From NCBI GenBank assembly GCA_963798845.1, contig CAWCUS010000004.1:256001-320000 (forward strand): a stretch of DNA of 64,000 nucleotides, in the 5' to 3' direction. The stretch is from an uncultured Gemmatimonadales bacterium. Lineage in GTDB: Bacteria; Gemmatimonadota; Gemmatimonadetes; Longimicrobiales; RSA9. Below the pieces are notes generated by a model. It had not been told where the DNA came from, did not search any database, and worked only from the letters and a program-made list of their open reading frames with translations. Position numbers and translations under genes: made by a program. How positions within the stretch are numbered: the stretch's first letter is position 1; every line of letters starts with the position of its first letter. Below, piece after piece: positions 11,298 to 21,422 of this stretch.

Positions 11298-12409
11298 TGC
11301 GCGTCCTCGTGGCCAACTGGCAGGACCGCCTGAACCCGCAGGCGGGCGGTGCGGAGACGCACCTGCACGAGATCTTCGGCCGCCTGGTGGATCGTGGGCA
11401 CGAGGTGACGCTCCTCGTATCCGGCTGGTCCGGAGGGCCATCGACGGCTCGCGTGGACGGGATGGAGGTGCACCGGACCGGCGGACGTCTTACATTTTCT
11501 GTAGCGGCCCCGATCTACTACCGGCGCCACCTGGCCGACCGCCGATTCGATGCGATGGTCGAAGACCTGAACAAGGTCCCGCTGTTCTCGCCGCTCTGGG
11601 TGCGGCACCCGCTATCTTTACTGGTGCATCATCTGTTCGGGGGCACCGCCTTCCAGGAGGCAGCCCTGCCCGTGGCGTCGGGCACCTGGCTGCTCGAGAA
11701 GCCGCTCGGCCGCGTGTATGCCGGGACGCCCACCATGGCGGTCTCCCGCAGCACGGCCGCGGACCTCGAGGCGCGGGGGCTGCCCGGCGACAGCATTGTG
11801 GTCATCCCCAACGGCGTGGCGCTCGAGCGCTACGGTCCAGACCCCGGCGGGGAGCGCTACCCCGTACCCACCGCGCTGTACCTGGGGCGGCTGAAGCGGT
11901 ACAAGCGCGTGGACCTGCCGATCCGCGCGGTGGCGCGGCTTCGCGACGCGGGCGTGGCGGTGCGCCTGGTGGTGGCGGGGACGGGTGATCATGCGGACGC
12001 CCTGCGGGCGCTCTGCACGAAACTGGGGCTCGGCTCGGAAGTCGAGTTCCGCGGCTATGTCACGGAGGAGGAGAAACCAGAGCTGTTCCGCCGCGCCTGG
12101 GTGCACGTGCTCACCTCGCCCAAGGAGGGTTGGGGCATCACGAACCTGGAGGCGGCGGCGTGCGGGACCCCGACCGTGGCGAGCGATTCGCCCGGCCTGC
12201 GGGACTCGGTCGTGGACGGAGAGACCGGGTTCCTCGTGCCCCACGGCGATGTGGCGGCGCTGGCCGATCGGATCCGGGCGCTGGTCGAGGACCCGAGCTT
12301 GCGGGAGCGGCTGGGGCGAAATGCCCTGGCGTTCGCGCGACATCATACCTGGGAGCGGTCCGCCCGCGAGACCGAGTCGTTTCTCGAGTGCGTGGCCGCT
12401 TCCGCCTGA
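11297..12409 (+). CDS. Glycosyltransferase family 4
   Basis: AGGAE, GRLKRYKRVD, KEGWGITNLEAAACGTP; TGA/ATG overlap with nusB. Confidence 0.92.
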   Translation: MRVLVANWQDRLNPQAGGAETHLHEIFGRLVDRGHEVTLLVSGWSGGPSTARVDGMEVHRTGGRLTFSVAAPIYYRRHLADRRFDAMVEDLNKVPLFSPLWVRHPLSLLVHHLFGGTAFQEAALPVASGTWLLEKPLGRVYAGTPTMAVSRSTAADLEARGLPGDSIVVIPNGVALERYGPDPGGERYPVPTALYLGRLKRYKRVDLPIRAVARLRDAGVAVRLVVAGTGDHADALRALCTKLGLGSEVEFRGYVTEEEKPELFRRAWVHVLTSPKEGWGITNLEAAACGTPTVASDSPGLRDSVVDGETGFLVPHGDVAALADRIRALVEDPSLRERLGRNALAFARHHTWERSARETESFLECVAASA

Positions 12410-12431
12410 GCATTCAAACGCTGGAGGCCCC

Positions 12432-12755
12432 ATGGACGTTCGGATCACCACGCGGCACAGCACGGTCGGTGACGCACTTCTGAAGCGGGCGGAGGAGCGG
12501 GTGCAGAAGCTCGGCAAGTACGATCCCCGCATCCTTGCGGTCTCGGTGCTGTTCGAAGAGGATCACGGCCACAGCGCGGTCGAGGTGCGCGCGACGTCGC
12601 CCGGGGTCCCGACGGTGGTGGCCCGTGCAGAAGGCGAAACCAATCGCAGCGCTTTCGATCGCGCGTTCGAGAAGATCCGCCGCCGGCTGCGGCGGGAAAG
12701 GACGAAGCGGATCGATCACCAGGCCCCGCCCCCCGTGGGCATGGTCGAACCCTGA
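12432..12755 (+). CDS. hpf: Ribosome hibernation promoting factor (HPF/RaiA, short form)
   Basis: MDVRITTRH..; GGAGG RBS; conserved position before hprK. Confidence 0.8.
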   Translation: MDVRITTRHSTVGDALLKRAEERVQKLGKYDPRILAVSVLFEEDHGHSAVEVRATSPGVPTVVARAEGETNRSAFDRAFEKIRRRLRRERTKRIDHQAPPPVGMVEP

Positions 12756-12767
12756 CGCGGAGGCTGC

Positions 12768-13730
12768 GTGAGCCCGAATCTGACGATCAAAGCGCTGCTG
12801 GCGGACAAACAGGATGTCCTCGAGCTCGAGCTGCTGACGCCTGACGTCTCGCTCGAGCGGCCGATCGAAGCCCCGAGCCTTTCCAGCCCGGGGCTCATCC
12901 TGTCCGGCTTCCGGGACCGTGTGCCCACGGGGCGGCTCCAGATCCTGGGCGAGACGGAAGTCTCGTTCCTCCACTCCGTGGCGGAAGGGGAGCTGGAGTC
13001 CGTGCTGGAGCGGCTCTTCTCCATCGAGATGCCGGCGCTGGTGGTGAGCAAGGGACAGCAGGTGCCCGGGCGGCTGCTGGAGCTGGCGTCGCAGCGGAAC
13101 GTCCCGGTGTTCCGCACCGCGCTGAAGACCGGCGACCTGTACCGCCGCATCCAGCCCTACCTGGAAGCAATGTTCGCGCCCGGCACCACGCTCCACGGGT
13201 CCATGGCCGACGTGTACGGTGTGGGCCTGCTGATCGTCGGCCGGAGCGGGATCGGGAAGAGCGAGTGCGTGCTCGACCTGGTGGAGCGCGGGCACCGGCT
13301 GGTGGCCGATGACCTCGTCTACGTGACGCGTCGAGGGAACGACGTGCTGATCGCCCGCGGTCACGAGCTGCAGCGACACCACATGGAGATCCGTGGAATC
13401 GGGATCATCGACATCCCCGCGCTCTTCGGCATCCGGTCGATCCGGCAGCAGAAGCGGATCGAGGTGGTGGTGCGTCTGGTGGACTGGAACGAGAAGGATG
13501 CGTACGAGCGCACCGGGCTCGCGACGGAGCAGATCGACATCCTGGAAGTGCCGATCCCGCAGGTCACCATCCCGCTGAACCCGGGGAAGAACATCACGGT
13601 GATCGCGGAAGTGGTGGCGATGAACCACCTGCTCAAGTACTCCGGGATCCACAGCGCCGAGCGCTTCAACGCCACCATCCAGGCGGCCATGCGACCGGTC
13701 CGGGAGTATCTCGAGGAGGACTATGAGTGA
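12768..13730 (+). CDS. hprK: HPr(Ser) kinase/phosphorylase
   Basis: GRSGIGKSE Walker A, GHRLVADD, MEIRGIGII. Confidence 0.96.
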   Translation: MSPNLTIKALLADKQDVLELELLTPDVSLERPIEAPSLSSPGLILSGFRDRVPTGRLQILGETEVSFLHSVAEGELESVLERLFSIEMPALVVSKGQQVPGRLLELASQRNVPVFRTALKTGDLYRRIQPYLEAMFAPGTTLHGSMADVYGVGLLIVGRSGIGKSECVLDLVERGHRLVADDLVYVTRRGNDVLIARGHELQRHHMEIRGIGIIDIPALFGIRSIRQQKRIEVVVRLVDWNEKDAYERTGLATEQIDILEVPIPQVTIPLNPGKNITVIAEVVAMNHLLKYSGIHSAERFNATIQAAMRPVREYLEEDYE

Positions 13731-14118
13731 AGCGTCGCCGCGCGGGATCGTGGTCGCCCACGCCGCGCTGGCGGAAGGGCTGGTGGAGGCCGTGCAACGG
13801 ATCGCCGGGCTCGACGACAATGCGCTCGTCGCCTTCTCGAACGAAGGGCTCGGCCCCGCCGGCATCCGCGAGGGTCTGGCGAAGCTGCTGGACAGCCGCC
13901 CGGCGATCGTGTTCACGGATCTGCGGGAAGGGAGCTGCGGGATCGCGGCCAGACAGGTCTGCCGTGGAGGGCCGCAGCGCGTGGTGATCACGGGGGTGAA
14001 CCTCCCGCTCCTTCTGGATTTCGCCATGAAGCGAGCCGCCCTTCCGTTCGACGAGCTGGTGCCGCGGCTGGTGCAGCGCGGGCGGGATGGCATCAGCGCC
14101 ATACCCTCGCAGGAGTGA
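13723..14118 (+). CDS. PTS mannose-family EIIA component
   Basis: IVVAH (phospho-His), FTDLREGS, TGVNLPLL. Confidence 0.88.
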   Translation: MSEASPRGIVVAHAALAEGLVEAVQRIAGLDDNALVAFSNEGLGPAGIREGLAKLLDSRPAIVFTDLREGSCGIAARQVCRGGPQRVVITGVNLPLLLDFAMKRAALPFDELVPRLVQRGRDGISAIPSQE

Positions 14119-14122
14119 CCGA

Positions 14123-14608
14123 GTGAGCGTGGTCCTGTACAGGGTCGACGAGCGGCTCATCCACGGCCAGGTGGTGGTGGGGTGGGGTGGCCGTCTCGAT
14201 CCGTCCCGGATCGTCGTCGTCGATGACATCCTCGCGGTGACGCCGTGGGAGCAGGAGCTGTACGCCATGGGCGTGCCGTCGGAGGTCGAAGCGGAGTTCA
14301 CCACCGTCTCGGATGCGACAGCCCGGCTCCCCGAGTGGCAGAACGGAGGGGAGCGCATCATGGTTCTCACGCGTGACATCGGAACCATGACACGGCTCGC
14401 CAGGAGCGGGCTGATGGAAGGGGCGGAGGTCAACATCGGGGGCATCCATCACGCTCCGGGGCGCAGGCGCGTGCTCCGCTACGTGTTCCTCAGCGATGAG
14501 GACCGGCGGGCGCTGGAGGAGCTATCGAGCCAGGGGACGCGGGTGGTGGCCCGGGATGTCCCCGACGCCCGCCGGGTGGAGCTCGAAGAGCTGGTGGGCG
14601 CGTCATGA
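14123..14608 (+). CDS. PTS mannose/sorbose-family EIIB component
   Basis: RVDERLIHGQVVVGW, VNIGG. Confidence 0.92.
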   Translation: MSVVLYRVDERLIHGQVVVGWGGRLDPSRIVVVDDILAVTPWEQELYAMGVPSEVEAEFTTVSDATARLPEWQNGGERIMVLTRDIGTMTRLARSGLMEGAEVNIGGIHHAPGRRRVLRYVFLSDEDRRALEELSSQGTRVVARDVPDARRVELEELVGAS

Positions 14609-15276
14609 CGTGGTGGCTCGTGGTGGCGGCGATCGGCGGTGTCGTCGGGCTCGACGGGACCTCGTTCCCCCAGGCCATGATCTCGAGACCGGTCGTGGCG
14701 GGGGCGCTCACCGGCGCAGTTCTGGGACGGCCGACGGAAGGCCTCCTGGTGGGCTTCATGCTCGAGGTGTTCGCCCTGGTGATCCTGCCGATCGGGGCGG
14801 TCCGGTACCCGGAGTCGGGGACGGCCGCGGTGGCCTCCGCAAGCGCGTACATCGCCCTGGCCCCGGTCGGAATGGACCCCGGGGTGCTCGTCCTCACGCT
14901 CGCCTTCGGGCTGGCGTGGGAGCACGTGGGCGGCGCCACCATCGTGCTGATGCGGAGGAGCAACGGCCGGCTGCTGACCGGCGACGCCCCGCTGTCGGCC
15001 GCGCAGCTAGAGCGGCGCCACCTCATGGCGATGGCTGTGGACTTCCTGCGCGGCGCCGTGGTGTCGGCCGGCGGCGCGGTCCTGGCGTTCGGACTGATCC
15101 GCGTTCTCGAGCCGTCGTGGGCGCTGCGGGACGACGTCGCCACCGGAGCGCTGGGCGTGATTGCCGCGGCGATGGTGGGGACGGCCGCCGCGCTGTTCGG
15201 TGGCGTCCGCTCGCGCCGCCTCGCGCTCGTAGTCGGCGCGGGCGCGGGGCTCCTGCTGGGGTGGGCGCTCCCGTGA
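14605..15276 (+). CDS. PTS mannose-family EIIC component
   Basis: QAMISRPVV, LPIGA..YP; multi-TM; operon order. Confidence 0.85.
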   Translation: MTWWLVVAAIGGVVGLDGTSFPQAMISRPVVAGALTGAVLGRPTEGLLVGFMLEVFALVILPIGAVRYPESGTAAVASASAYIALAPVGMDPGVLVLTLAFGLAWEHVGGATIVLMRRSNGRLLTGDAPLSAAQLERRHLMAMAVDFLRGAVVSAGGAVLAFGLIRVLEPSWALRDDVATGALGVIAAAMVGTAAALFGGVRSRRLALVVGAGAGLLLGWALP

Positions 15277-16031
15277 CGGCGTCGCGCCGTGCGCCCGTGT
15301 CGATCCTGCTGCGCGCGTTCGCGGTGCAGGGCTCGTGGAACTACGAGACGCTGACCGGCACGGGCTTCGGGTTCGTGCTGCTGCCGGGCCTCCGGCGCCT
15401 GTTCGGGGATCCGGCCGCGCTGGAAGCGGCCATCCGGCGTCACGAGGGTCCCTTCAACAGCCATCCGTATCTGGCGCCGCTGGCGCTGGGCGCCGTGCTC
15501 CGGCTGGAGCAGGACGGGACGGACCCGGCGGTGATCGAGCGCTTCAAGGCTGCGCTGCGCGGCTCGCTGGGGACGCTGGGAGACCGGCTGGTGTGGGCCG
15601 GTTGGCGGCCGGCCGCCGTGCTTTTGGCTCTGGCGCTCCTGCTGGTGGGCGTCCCCTGGTGGGGAGCCATCGGCGTGTTCCTGGTCGTCTACAATGTCCT
15701 CCACGTGCTGCTCATGACGTGGGGGCTGAACGTGGGGTTCTCGGAAGGCCTGGCCGTGGCCGAGCGGCTGCGCGGTTCGCTGGTCCCGCGCACCCACCCC
15801 CGGATCATGGTGGTAGGGGCGTTCCTGAGCGGGCTGGTCGCGGCTCTGCTCGCCGTTCGCGGGCTGCCTGTCGTGGAGGAGCAGGCGCCGGGACCGGTCT
15901 GGGCATGGGCCCTCGCCGCCCTGGCCGCCGCCGCCGTGGGGGCCCGGTTCGGGGAGCGCACGCGCCGCTACGGGATCATCGCCGTGGCGGTGATGACGGT
16001 GGTCGGGTTACTGGTGGGGGTGGCGCGATGA
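15273..16031 (+). CDS. PTS mannose-family EIID component
   Basis: QGSWNYE, FNSHPY, LGTLGDRLVW. Confidence 0.9.
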   Translation: MTASRRAPVSILLRAFAVQGSWNYETLTGTGFGFVLLPGLRRLFGDPAALEAAIRRHEGPFNSHPYLAPLALGAVLRLEQDGTDPAVIERFKAALRGSLGTLGDRLVWAGWRPAAVLLALALLLVGVPWWGAIGVFLVVYNVLHVLLMTWGLNVGFSEGLAVAERLRGSLVPRTHPRIMVVGAFLSGLVAALLAVRGLPVVEEQAPGPVWAWALAALAAAAVGARFGERTRRYGIIAVAVMTVVGLLVGVAR

Positions 16032-16309
16032 ACGGGCCGGAAACCGCCGAGCAGACGGTCGTCATCCAGAACAAGTACGGCCTGCACGCGCGCCCTGCCG
16101 CCGAGTTCGTGAAGCGGGCGCACGAATTCAGCTCGGAGGTTTGGGTTCGGAGGGATGAGCTGGAAGTGAACGGGAAGAGCATCATGGGGATGATGATGCT
16201 GGCGGCGGAGCGCGGGGCTGAGATCGTGATCCGTGCGTCCGGGAGCGACGCGGAGGTCGCGGTCGGAAGCCTGGTGGAGCTGGTGATCTCGAGGTTCGGA
16301 GAGGAGTAG
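16028..16309 (+). CDS. ptsH: Phosphocarrier protein HPr
   Basis: GLHARPAA (His15), NGKSIMG (Ser46). Confidence 0.96.
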   Translation: MNGPETAEQTVVIQNKYGLHARPAAEFVKRAHEFSSEVWVRRDELEVNGKSIMGMMMLAAERGAEIVIRASGSDAEVAVGSLVELVISRFGEE

Positions 16310-16310
16310 G

Positions 16311-18098
16311 GTGAGCGATCGGTGGCTGTGCGAGGGGACGCCGGCGTCCCCCGGAATCGTGATCGGCCCCGCGCACGTGGTGGCGTGGGAGCGTCCCCGC
16401 GTGCTGCACCAGACGATCGATCCGGACGACATCGCGGCGGAGATCGAACGGTTCCGCCATGCGCTGGAGGCGGCGAGGGAGCAGCTGCTGCGGATCCAGG
16501 CAGACGCGGCGAGCCGGCTCGGGTCGGTGGAGGCGCAGATCTTCGAGCCGCAGCTCATGATGCTGCGGGACGCGGACCTGGTGGAGGGGATCGAGGAGTA
16601 CATCGGGGAGAACCGGCTGTCGGCGGCGAGGGCGGTGGAGCTGCGGATGCTGGAGTTCCAGTCGGAGTGGCGGCAGACCGGGCATCCCATGGTCATGGAT
16701 CGGCTGAACGATCTGCTGGACGTCGAGGACCGGATCATCCGCCACCTGGTGGGGAGCGAGGACCCGGACACTCTGCTGGACGGGATCACGGAGCCCGTGA
16801 TCCTCGTGGGCCGCGATCTCACGCCGAGCGTCACGGTGCAGCTGGACCCCGCCCGCGTTCTCGGGCTGGCCACGGACGCGGGCACGCGCACGTCGCATTC
16901 GGCGATCATCGCGCGGGCGCTCGGAATCCCGGCGGTCGTAGGACTCGGCGAGGCCGCCACGACCATCGGGGAGGGGGACCTGCTGATCCTGGACGGCCGG
17001 ACGGGGCGGCTGATCGCGAACCCGCTGGAGACGGAGCAGCGCCGCTATCGTGAACGCGACATCCAGGTGAGGGAGTGGGAGCAGGAGCTGGTGCTGCTGT
17101 CGCACCTCGAGCCGGTGACGCCGGACCGCCAGCCGGTTCTCCTGCGCGGCAATATCGACCTGCCGGGCGAGGCGCAGACGGCGAAGGAGCACGGGGCGCA
17201 GGGGGTGGGACTGTTCCGGACCGAGTTCCTGGTGGTCGGGCGCCGGTCGATGCCGGAGGAGGAAACGCAGTACGAGGCGTATCGGCAGGTGGCGGAGGCG
17301 TTCCCCCACGACGCGGTTGTGATCCGGACGTACGACCTGGGCGGCGACAAGTTCCCGCTGTTCCTGAACATGCCCGCGGAGGAGAACCCGTACCTGGGCT
17401 GGCGGGCGATCCGCGTCTGCCTCGACATGCCGGAGCTCTTCCGGACCCACCTGCGAGCGATGCTGCGCGCCACGGTACACGGCGACGTCCGGATCATGCT
17501 CCCGCTCATCACGTCAGTGGAGGAGCTCCAGCAGACGCGCCGGATGCTGGAGGAGGAGGAGGACCGGCTGAACGCCGACGGGATCCCGTTCAACGCGGGG
17601 TACAAGGTCGGGGTCATGATCGAGACGCCCGCGGCCGCGCTGCTTGCCAACGAGCTGACCCGCTACGCGGATTTCTTCTCCATCGGGACGAACGACCTGA
17701 CCCAGTACACGCTGGCCGTGGACCGCAACAACTCGCGGCTGTCATCGCGATTCAACGCGCTCCACCCCTCGGTGATCAAGCTGCTCCGCCACACCGTACA
17801 GGCCGGACGCGCGGCCGGCCTGGAAGTGAGCGTGTGCGGCGAGCTGGCCTCGGACCCGGTGGGGCTCTACCTCCTCTTGGGCCTCGGCATCACCGTGTTC
17901 AGCGTGTCCCCGGCGGCGCTCCCGGAGATCAAGAAAGTGGTCCGCTCCGTCCCCGCCTCCGACGCCCGGGCGCGGGCGGAAGAGGCGCTGGCCGCCCCGG
18001 ATGTTCGGACGGTGACTCGCATCCTCACCGAGGGCATCTCCGAGTGGCTGGACCTCTCGCTCTTCTCGGGGCGGTGGAACTTGTCCCCCCCTGAGTGA
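16311..18098 (+). CDS. ptsI: PEP-protein phosphotransferase (PTS enzyme I)
   Basis: TSHSAIIAR, GVGLFRTEF, ENPYLGWRAIR, SIGTNDLTQY, CGE. Confidence 0.96.
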   Translation: MSDRWLCEGTPASPGIVIGPAHVVAWERPRVLHQTIDPDDIAAEIERFRHALEAAREQLLRIQADAASRLGSVEAQIFEPQLMMLRDADLVEGIEEYIGENRLSAARAVELRMLEFQSEWRQTGHPMVMDRLNDLLDVEDRIIRHLVGSEDPDTLLDGITEPVILVGRDLTPSVTVQLDPARVLGLATDAGTRTSHSAIIARALGIPAVVGLGEAATTIGEGDLLILDGRTGRLIANPLETEQRRYRERDIQVREWEQELVLLSHLEPVTPDRQPVLLRGNIDLPGEAQTAKEHGAQGVGLFRTEFLVVGRRSMPEEETQYEAYRQVAEAFPHDAVVIRTYDLGGDKFPLFLNMPAEENPYLGWRAIRVCLDMPELFRTHLRAMLRATVHGDVRIMLPLITSVEELQQTRRMLEEEEDRLNADGIPFNAGYKVGVMIETPAAALLANELTRYADFFSIGTNDLTQYTLAVDRNNSRLSSRFNALHPSVIKLLRHTVQAGRAAGLEVSVCGELASDPVGLYLLLGLGITVFSVSPAALPEIKKVVRSVPASDARARAEEALAAPDVRTVTRILTEGISEWLDLSLFSGRWNLSPPE

Positions 18099-18149
18099 AA
18101 CTCTAGACTTCGGCGTCCGTCCCGCGCCGCCTGGAAGAAAGCAGATCGA

Positions 18150-19325
18150 ATGGCCACTCGCCTGTTCACCTCGGAGTCCGTGACCGAGGGGCACCCCGAC
18201 AAGATCGCCGACCAGATCAGCGATACCGTGCTGGACTCGATTCTGGAGAAGGATCCGGCGGGTCGAGTGGCGTGCGAGGTGCTGGTCACCACCGGGCTGG
18301 TCATTGTGACCGGCGAGATCACGACGGAGACGGCGCCGGACTATGCGGCGCTGGTGCGTGGGACCCTCTCCTCGATCGGCTACACGGACGCCACCTGGGG
18401 GATCGACGGGGATACGTGCGGCGTGCTCGTCTCCGTGGGCCGGCAGTCGCCGGACATCAGCCTGGGCGTGGACCCGGGTGGAGCAGGCGACCAGGGGATG
18501 ATGTTCGGCTACGCCGTGGACGAGACGCCGGAGCTCATGCCGGCGCCGATCCTCCTTTCCCACCGGCTGACCCACCGGCTGGCGGACCTGCGTCGCTCGG
18601 GTCGGCTGAAGTGGCTCCGGCCGGACGGCAAGGCGCAGGTCACCGTGGAGTACGATGGGCACCGGCCGTTGAGGGTGCACACCGTCGTCGTGAGCACGCA
18701 GCACGCCCCGGACGTGAGCCTGTCGACCGTGCGCGAGGCGGTGGTCGAGGAGGTGATCACCCCGGTGCTGCCCGAAGAGCTGTTCGACCCGGATCGCTGC
18801 ATCTTCCACGTGAACCCGACGGGACGGTTCGTGGTGGGCGGGCCGCTCGGCAATGCGGGGCTGACCGGGCGCAAGATCATCGTGGACACGTATGGTGGAG
18901 CGGGACGGCACGGCGGGGGCGCATTCAGCGGCAAGGACCCGACCAAAGTGGACCGCTCGGGCGCGTACGGCGCCCGCTGGGCGGCCAAGAACGTGGTCGC
19001 CGCGGGGCTGGCGGCGCGGTGCGAGATCCAGCTCGCGTACGCGATCGGAGTGGCGGAACCGGTTTCGGTGCACGTCGACACGTTCGGCACGGGGAGGCTC
19101 CCGGACGAGGACATCGCCGTCGCGGTCCAGGAGGTGTTCGATTTCCGGCCCCGCGCCATCATCCAGACGCTCGGCCTGAGCCAGCCGATCTACCGGCCGA
19201 CGGCCGCGTACGGGCACTTCGGCCGCACGCCGGTGGAGGTGGACGTGGATGGGCGCACGGTCCAGCTGTTCCCGTGGGAGCGCACGGACCGGACATCGGC
19301 GCTGGAGGCGGCGGTCGGGGGCTGA
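18150..19325 (+). CDS. metK: S-adenosylmethionine synthetase
   Basis: [35 protein letters not shown]. Confidence 0.98.
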   Translation: MATRLFTSESVTEGHPDKIADQISDTVLDSILEKDPAGRVACEVLVTTGLVIVTGEITTETAPDYAALVRGTLSSIGYTDATWGIDGDTCGVLVSVGRQSPDISLGVDPGGAGDQGMMFGYAVDETPELMPAPILLSHRLTHRLADLRRSGRLKWLRPDGKAQVTVEYDGHRPLRVHTVVVSTQHAPDVSLSTVREAVVEEVITPVLPEELFDPDRCIFHVNPTGRFVVGGPLGNAGLTGRKIIVDTYGGAGRHGGGAFSGKDPTKVDRSGAYGARWAAKNVVAAGLAARCEIQLAYAIGVAEPVSVHVDTFGTGRLPDEDIAVAVQEVFDFRPRAIIQTLGLSQPIYRPTAAYGHFGRTPVEVDVDGRTVQLFPWERTDRTSALEAAVGG

Positions 19326-19460
19326 CTGGCCGGGGGGGGGCGTGAACCCCGCGCTCGCTCGGGAGTATCTGATGCACGGGCGGCGGCGCCGTGGCGGGCG
19401 CGGCCGCGCCCGTCGAAGCGGGAGTCATTGGGCCGCAAGGCCCGTGCGGAGCGGAGGCGC

Positions 19461-19997
19461 ATGATAGAGGTAACGGTTCAAAGTCTCGGACTCGATCGCA
19501 GCTCGAACAGCCCCGTGGTGATCCTGCAGGAAAAGGACGGGGCGCGGGTGCTGCCCATCTGGATCGGGCCGGGCGAAGCGAGCGCGATCGCAATGGAGCT
19601 CGCGGGCATGAACTTCTCGCGCCCGCTCACGCACGACCTCTTCGCGTCCGCCATCACGGGCCTCGGCGGCAGCCTCCAGCGCGTGATCATCACCAAGGTG
19701 GTGGACAACACCTATTATGCCGAGATGATCATCGCCCGCGACGGCGAGTATTTCAGCCTCGACGCCCGGCCGTCCGACTCCATCGCCATGGCGCTGCGCA
19801 TGGATGCCGTGATCTTCACGACGGACGAGCTGCTGGAGGAGACGTCCATCGAGATCTCGGAAGCGTCCGATTTCGAGCCCGAGGCGGCAGAAGCGGAGGC
19901 GTCCGAAACCGAGGAGCCGGACCTGGCGCCGCCCGAGGACCTGAAGGAATACCTCCGGCGACTCCACCCCGAGGACTTCGGACGCTTCACGCCGTGA
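19461..19997 (+). CDS. Bifunctional nuclease family protein (DUF151)
   Basis: LPIWIG..EA, RPLTHDL, DARPSDSIA. Confidence 0.93.
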   Translation: MIEVTVQSLGLDRSSNSPVVILQEKDGARVLPIWIGPGEASAIAMELAGMNFSRPLTHDLFASAITGLGGSLQRVIITKVVDNTYYAEMIIARDGEYFSLDARPSDSIAMALRMDAVIFTTDELLEETSIEISEASDFEPEAAEAEASETEEPDLAPPEDLKEYLRRLHPEDFGRFTP

Positions 19998-20674
19998 CTC
20001 CCCGCCCTCGCCTGCCCGCCCTTTTCGCGCTCGCGGCGACGCTGCTCACGGTGTCCGCAGCGCACGCACAGGAGTTCGCCGGCGTGGCCAGGGGAGCGGA
20101 CGGCCAGCCGCTCGCGGGCGTTCCGGTGGCCGTGCACCGGGTGGGCGGCGGTGGCGGGGCGGCCGTGGCCACGGGCACTACGGCCGACGACGGCACGTTC
20201 CGCTTCGACATCGCCATGGCCGACTCCGCCGTGTACTTCGGGGCGATCCGGTACAACGGCTCGATGTACCTCGGCCCGGGCGTCCGCGGCGGTGAAGGCC
20301 CCGTGACGGGCTACGTGATCGAGGTGAGCCCAGATGCGGAGGTCGGTGCCGTGGCCAGCGCGCTCGGGAGTGAGGCCGGGGAACCGGGCGGCGGCGCCGC
20401 CACGGGCGCGGGCATGCAGGCGGGTACAGGGGCGGCGCCCGTCTCGGCAAACGGCGCTGCGGGCGCAGCACTGCTCATCGGGTTCCTGGCGCTCGCGACG
20501 GCCGGGATCTTCGTGACGGCAGCCCCCGCCTACCGTCGGCGGCGGACCCGGGACGACCTGATCGGCATCGCCACGCTGCAGAACGGCCTGGACTCCATGG
20601 AGCCCGGGCCGGAGCGGGACGGGGCGGAGCGGAAGATCCGCGACCTGAAGGAGCGCCTCCTGCCGGGCGGGTGA
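19994..20674 (+). CDS. Exported/membrane protein with carboxypeptidase-regulatory-like beta-sandwich
   Basis: Signal peptide (AHA-Q), DGQPLAGVPV..TADDGTFRF, C-terminal TM; GTGA overlap. Confidence 0.65.
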   Translation: MTPRPRLPALFALAATLLTVSAAHAQEFAGVARGADGQPLAGVPVAVHRVGGGGGAAVATGTTADDGTFRFDIAMADSAVYFGAIRYNGSMYLGPGVRGGEGPVTGYVIEVSPDAEVGAVASALGSEAGEPGGGAATGAGMQAGTGAAPVSANGAAGAALLIGFLALATAGIFVTAAPAYRRRRTRDDLIGIATLQNGLDSMEPGPERDGAERKIRDLKERLLPGG

Positions 20675-20675
20675 C

Positions 20676-21422
20676 ATGCCGCTGGTCACGGTGGACGCCA
20701 CCATCCTCCAGGCCTTTCCGTACAGCGAGACCAGCAAGATCCTGCGGCTCCTGACGCGCACCCACGGGGTCCAGTCCGTGATCGCCAGGGGAGCGCGCCG
20801 CCCGAAGAGCCGTTACGGTGGCGTGCTGGAGCCGTTCACCGACGGGATCGCCTCCTTCTCGCTCCGGCCGAACCGCGACCTCCAGACCCTGACCGAGTTC
20901 GAGCTCCAGCGGCCGCGCCAGAGGCTGGGCCAGGACCTGGTCCGCTTCGGCGGCGCGTCGCTGGTCGCCGAGATCGTGCTGCGAACGGGCAGCGAGCAGC
21001 CGGCGCCAGAGGTGTTCGCGCGCGTCCGTCTGGGTCTCGACTCGCTCCAGTCCTCGCCCTCCGACCGGGTCGAGGCCGAAGCCCTGGCACAGGCGTGGGC
21101 GCTCATCTCGACCATGGGCTTCGCTCCCTTCCTGGACCAATGCGTCGTCTGCGGCGCTCCGCTTCCGCCCGGTGACCTGTTCCTCGATTACGGCGCGGGC
21201 GGAATGTTCTGCGGCGCGTGTGGCGGCGGAGGCGGAGGCGGGCGCGTGCTGCCTGAACGGGCGCGACGGGACCTGAAGCAGCTGTGCGAAGGCAATGCGG
21301 TGCCGCTGGACCACGCGGCCGCGCACTGGCAGCTCCTGTCGCGATTCCTCAGCTACCACCTCGTGGAGCCCGGCTCGCTGCGGTCGCTGGACTTCCTCGC
21401 CGCGGCCCTGGAGGTATCGTGA
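20676..21422 (+). CDS. recO: DNA repair protein RecO
   Basis: YSETSKI..LTRTHG..ARGARRPKS; CxxC..CxxC zinc finger. Confidence 0.93.
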   Translation: MPLVTVDATILQAFPYSETSKILRLLTRTHGVQSVIARGARRPKSRYGGVLEPFTDGIASFSLRPNRDLQTLTEFELQRPRQRLGQDLVRFGGASLVAEIVLRTGSEQPAPEVFARVRLGLDSLQSSPSDRVEAEALAQAWALISTMGFAPFLDQCVVCGAPLPPGDLFLDYGAGGMFCGACGGGGGGGRVLPERARRDLKQLCEGNAVPLDHAAAHWQLLSRFLSYHLVEPGSLRSLDFLAAALEVS

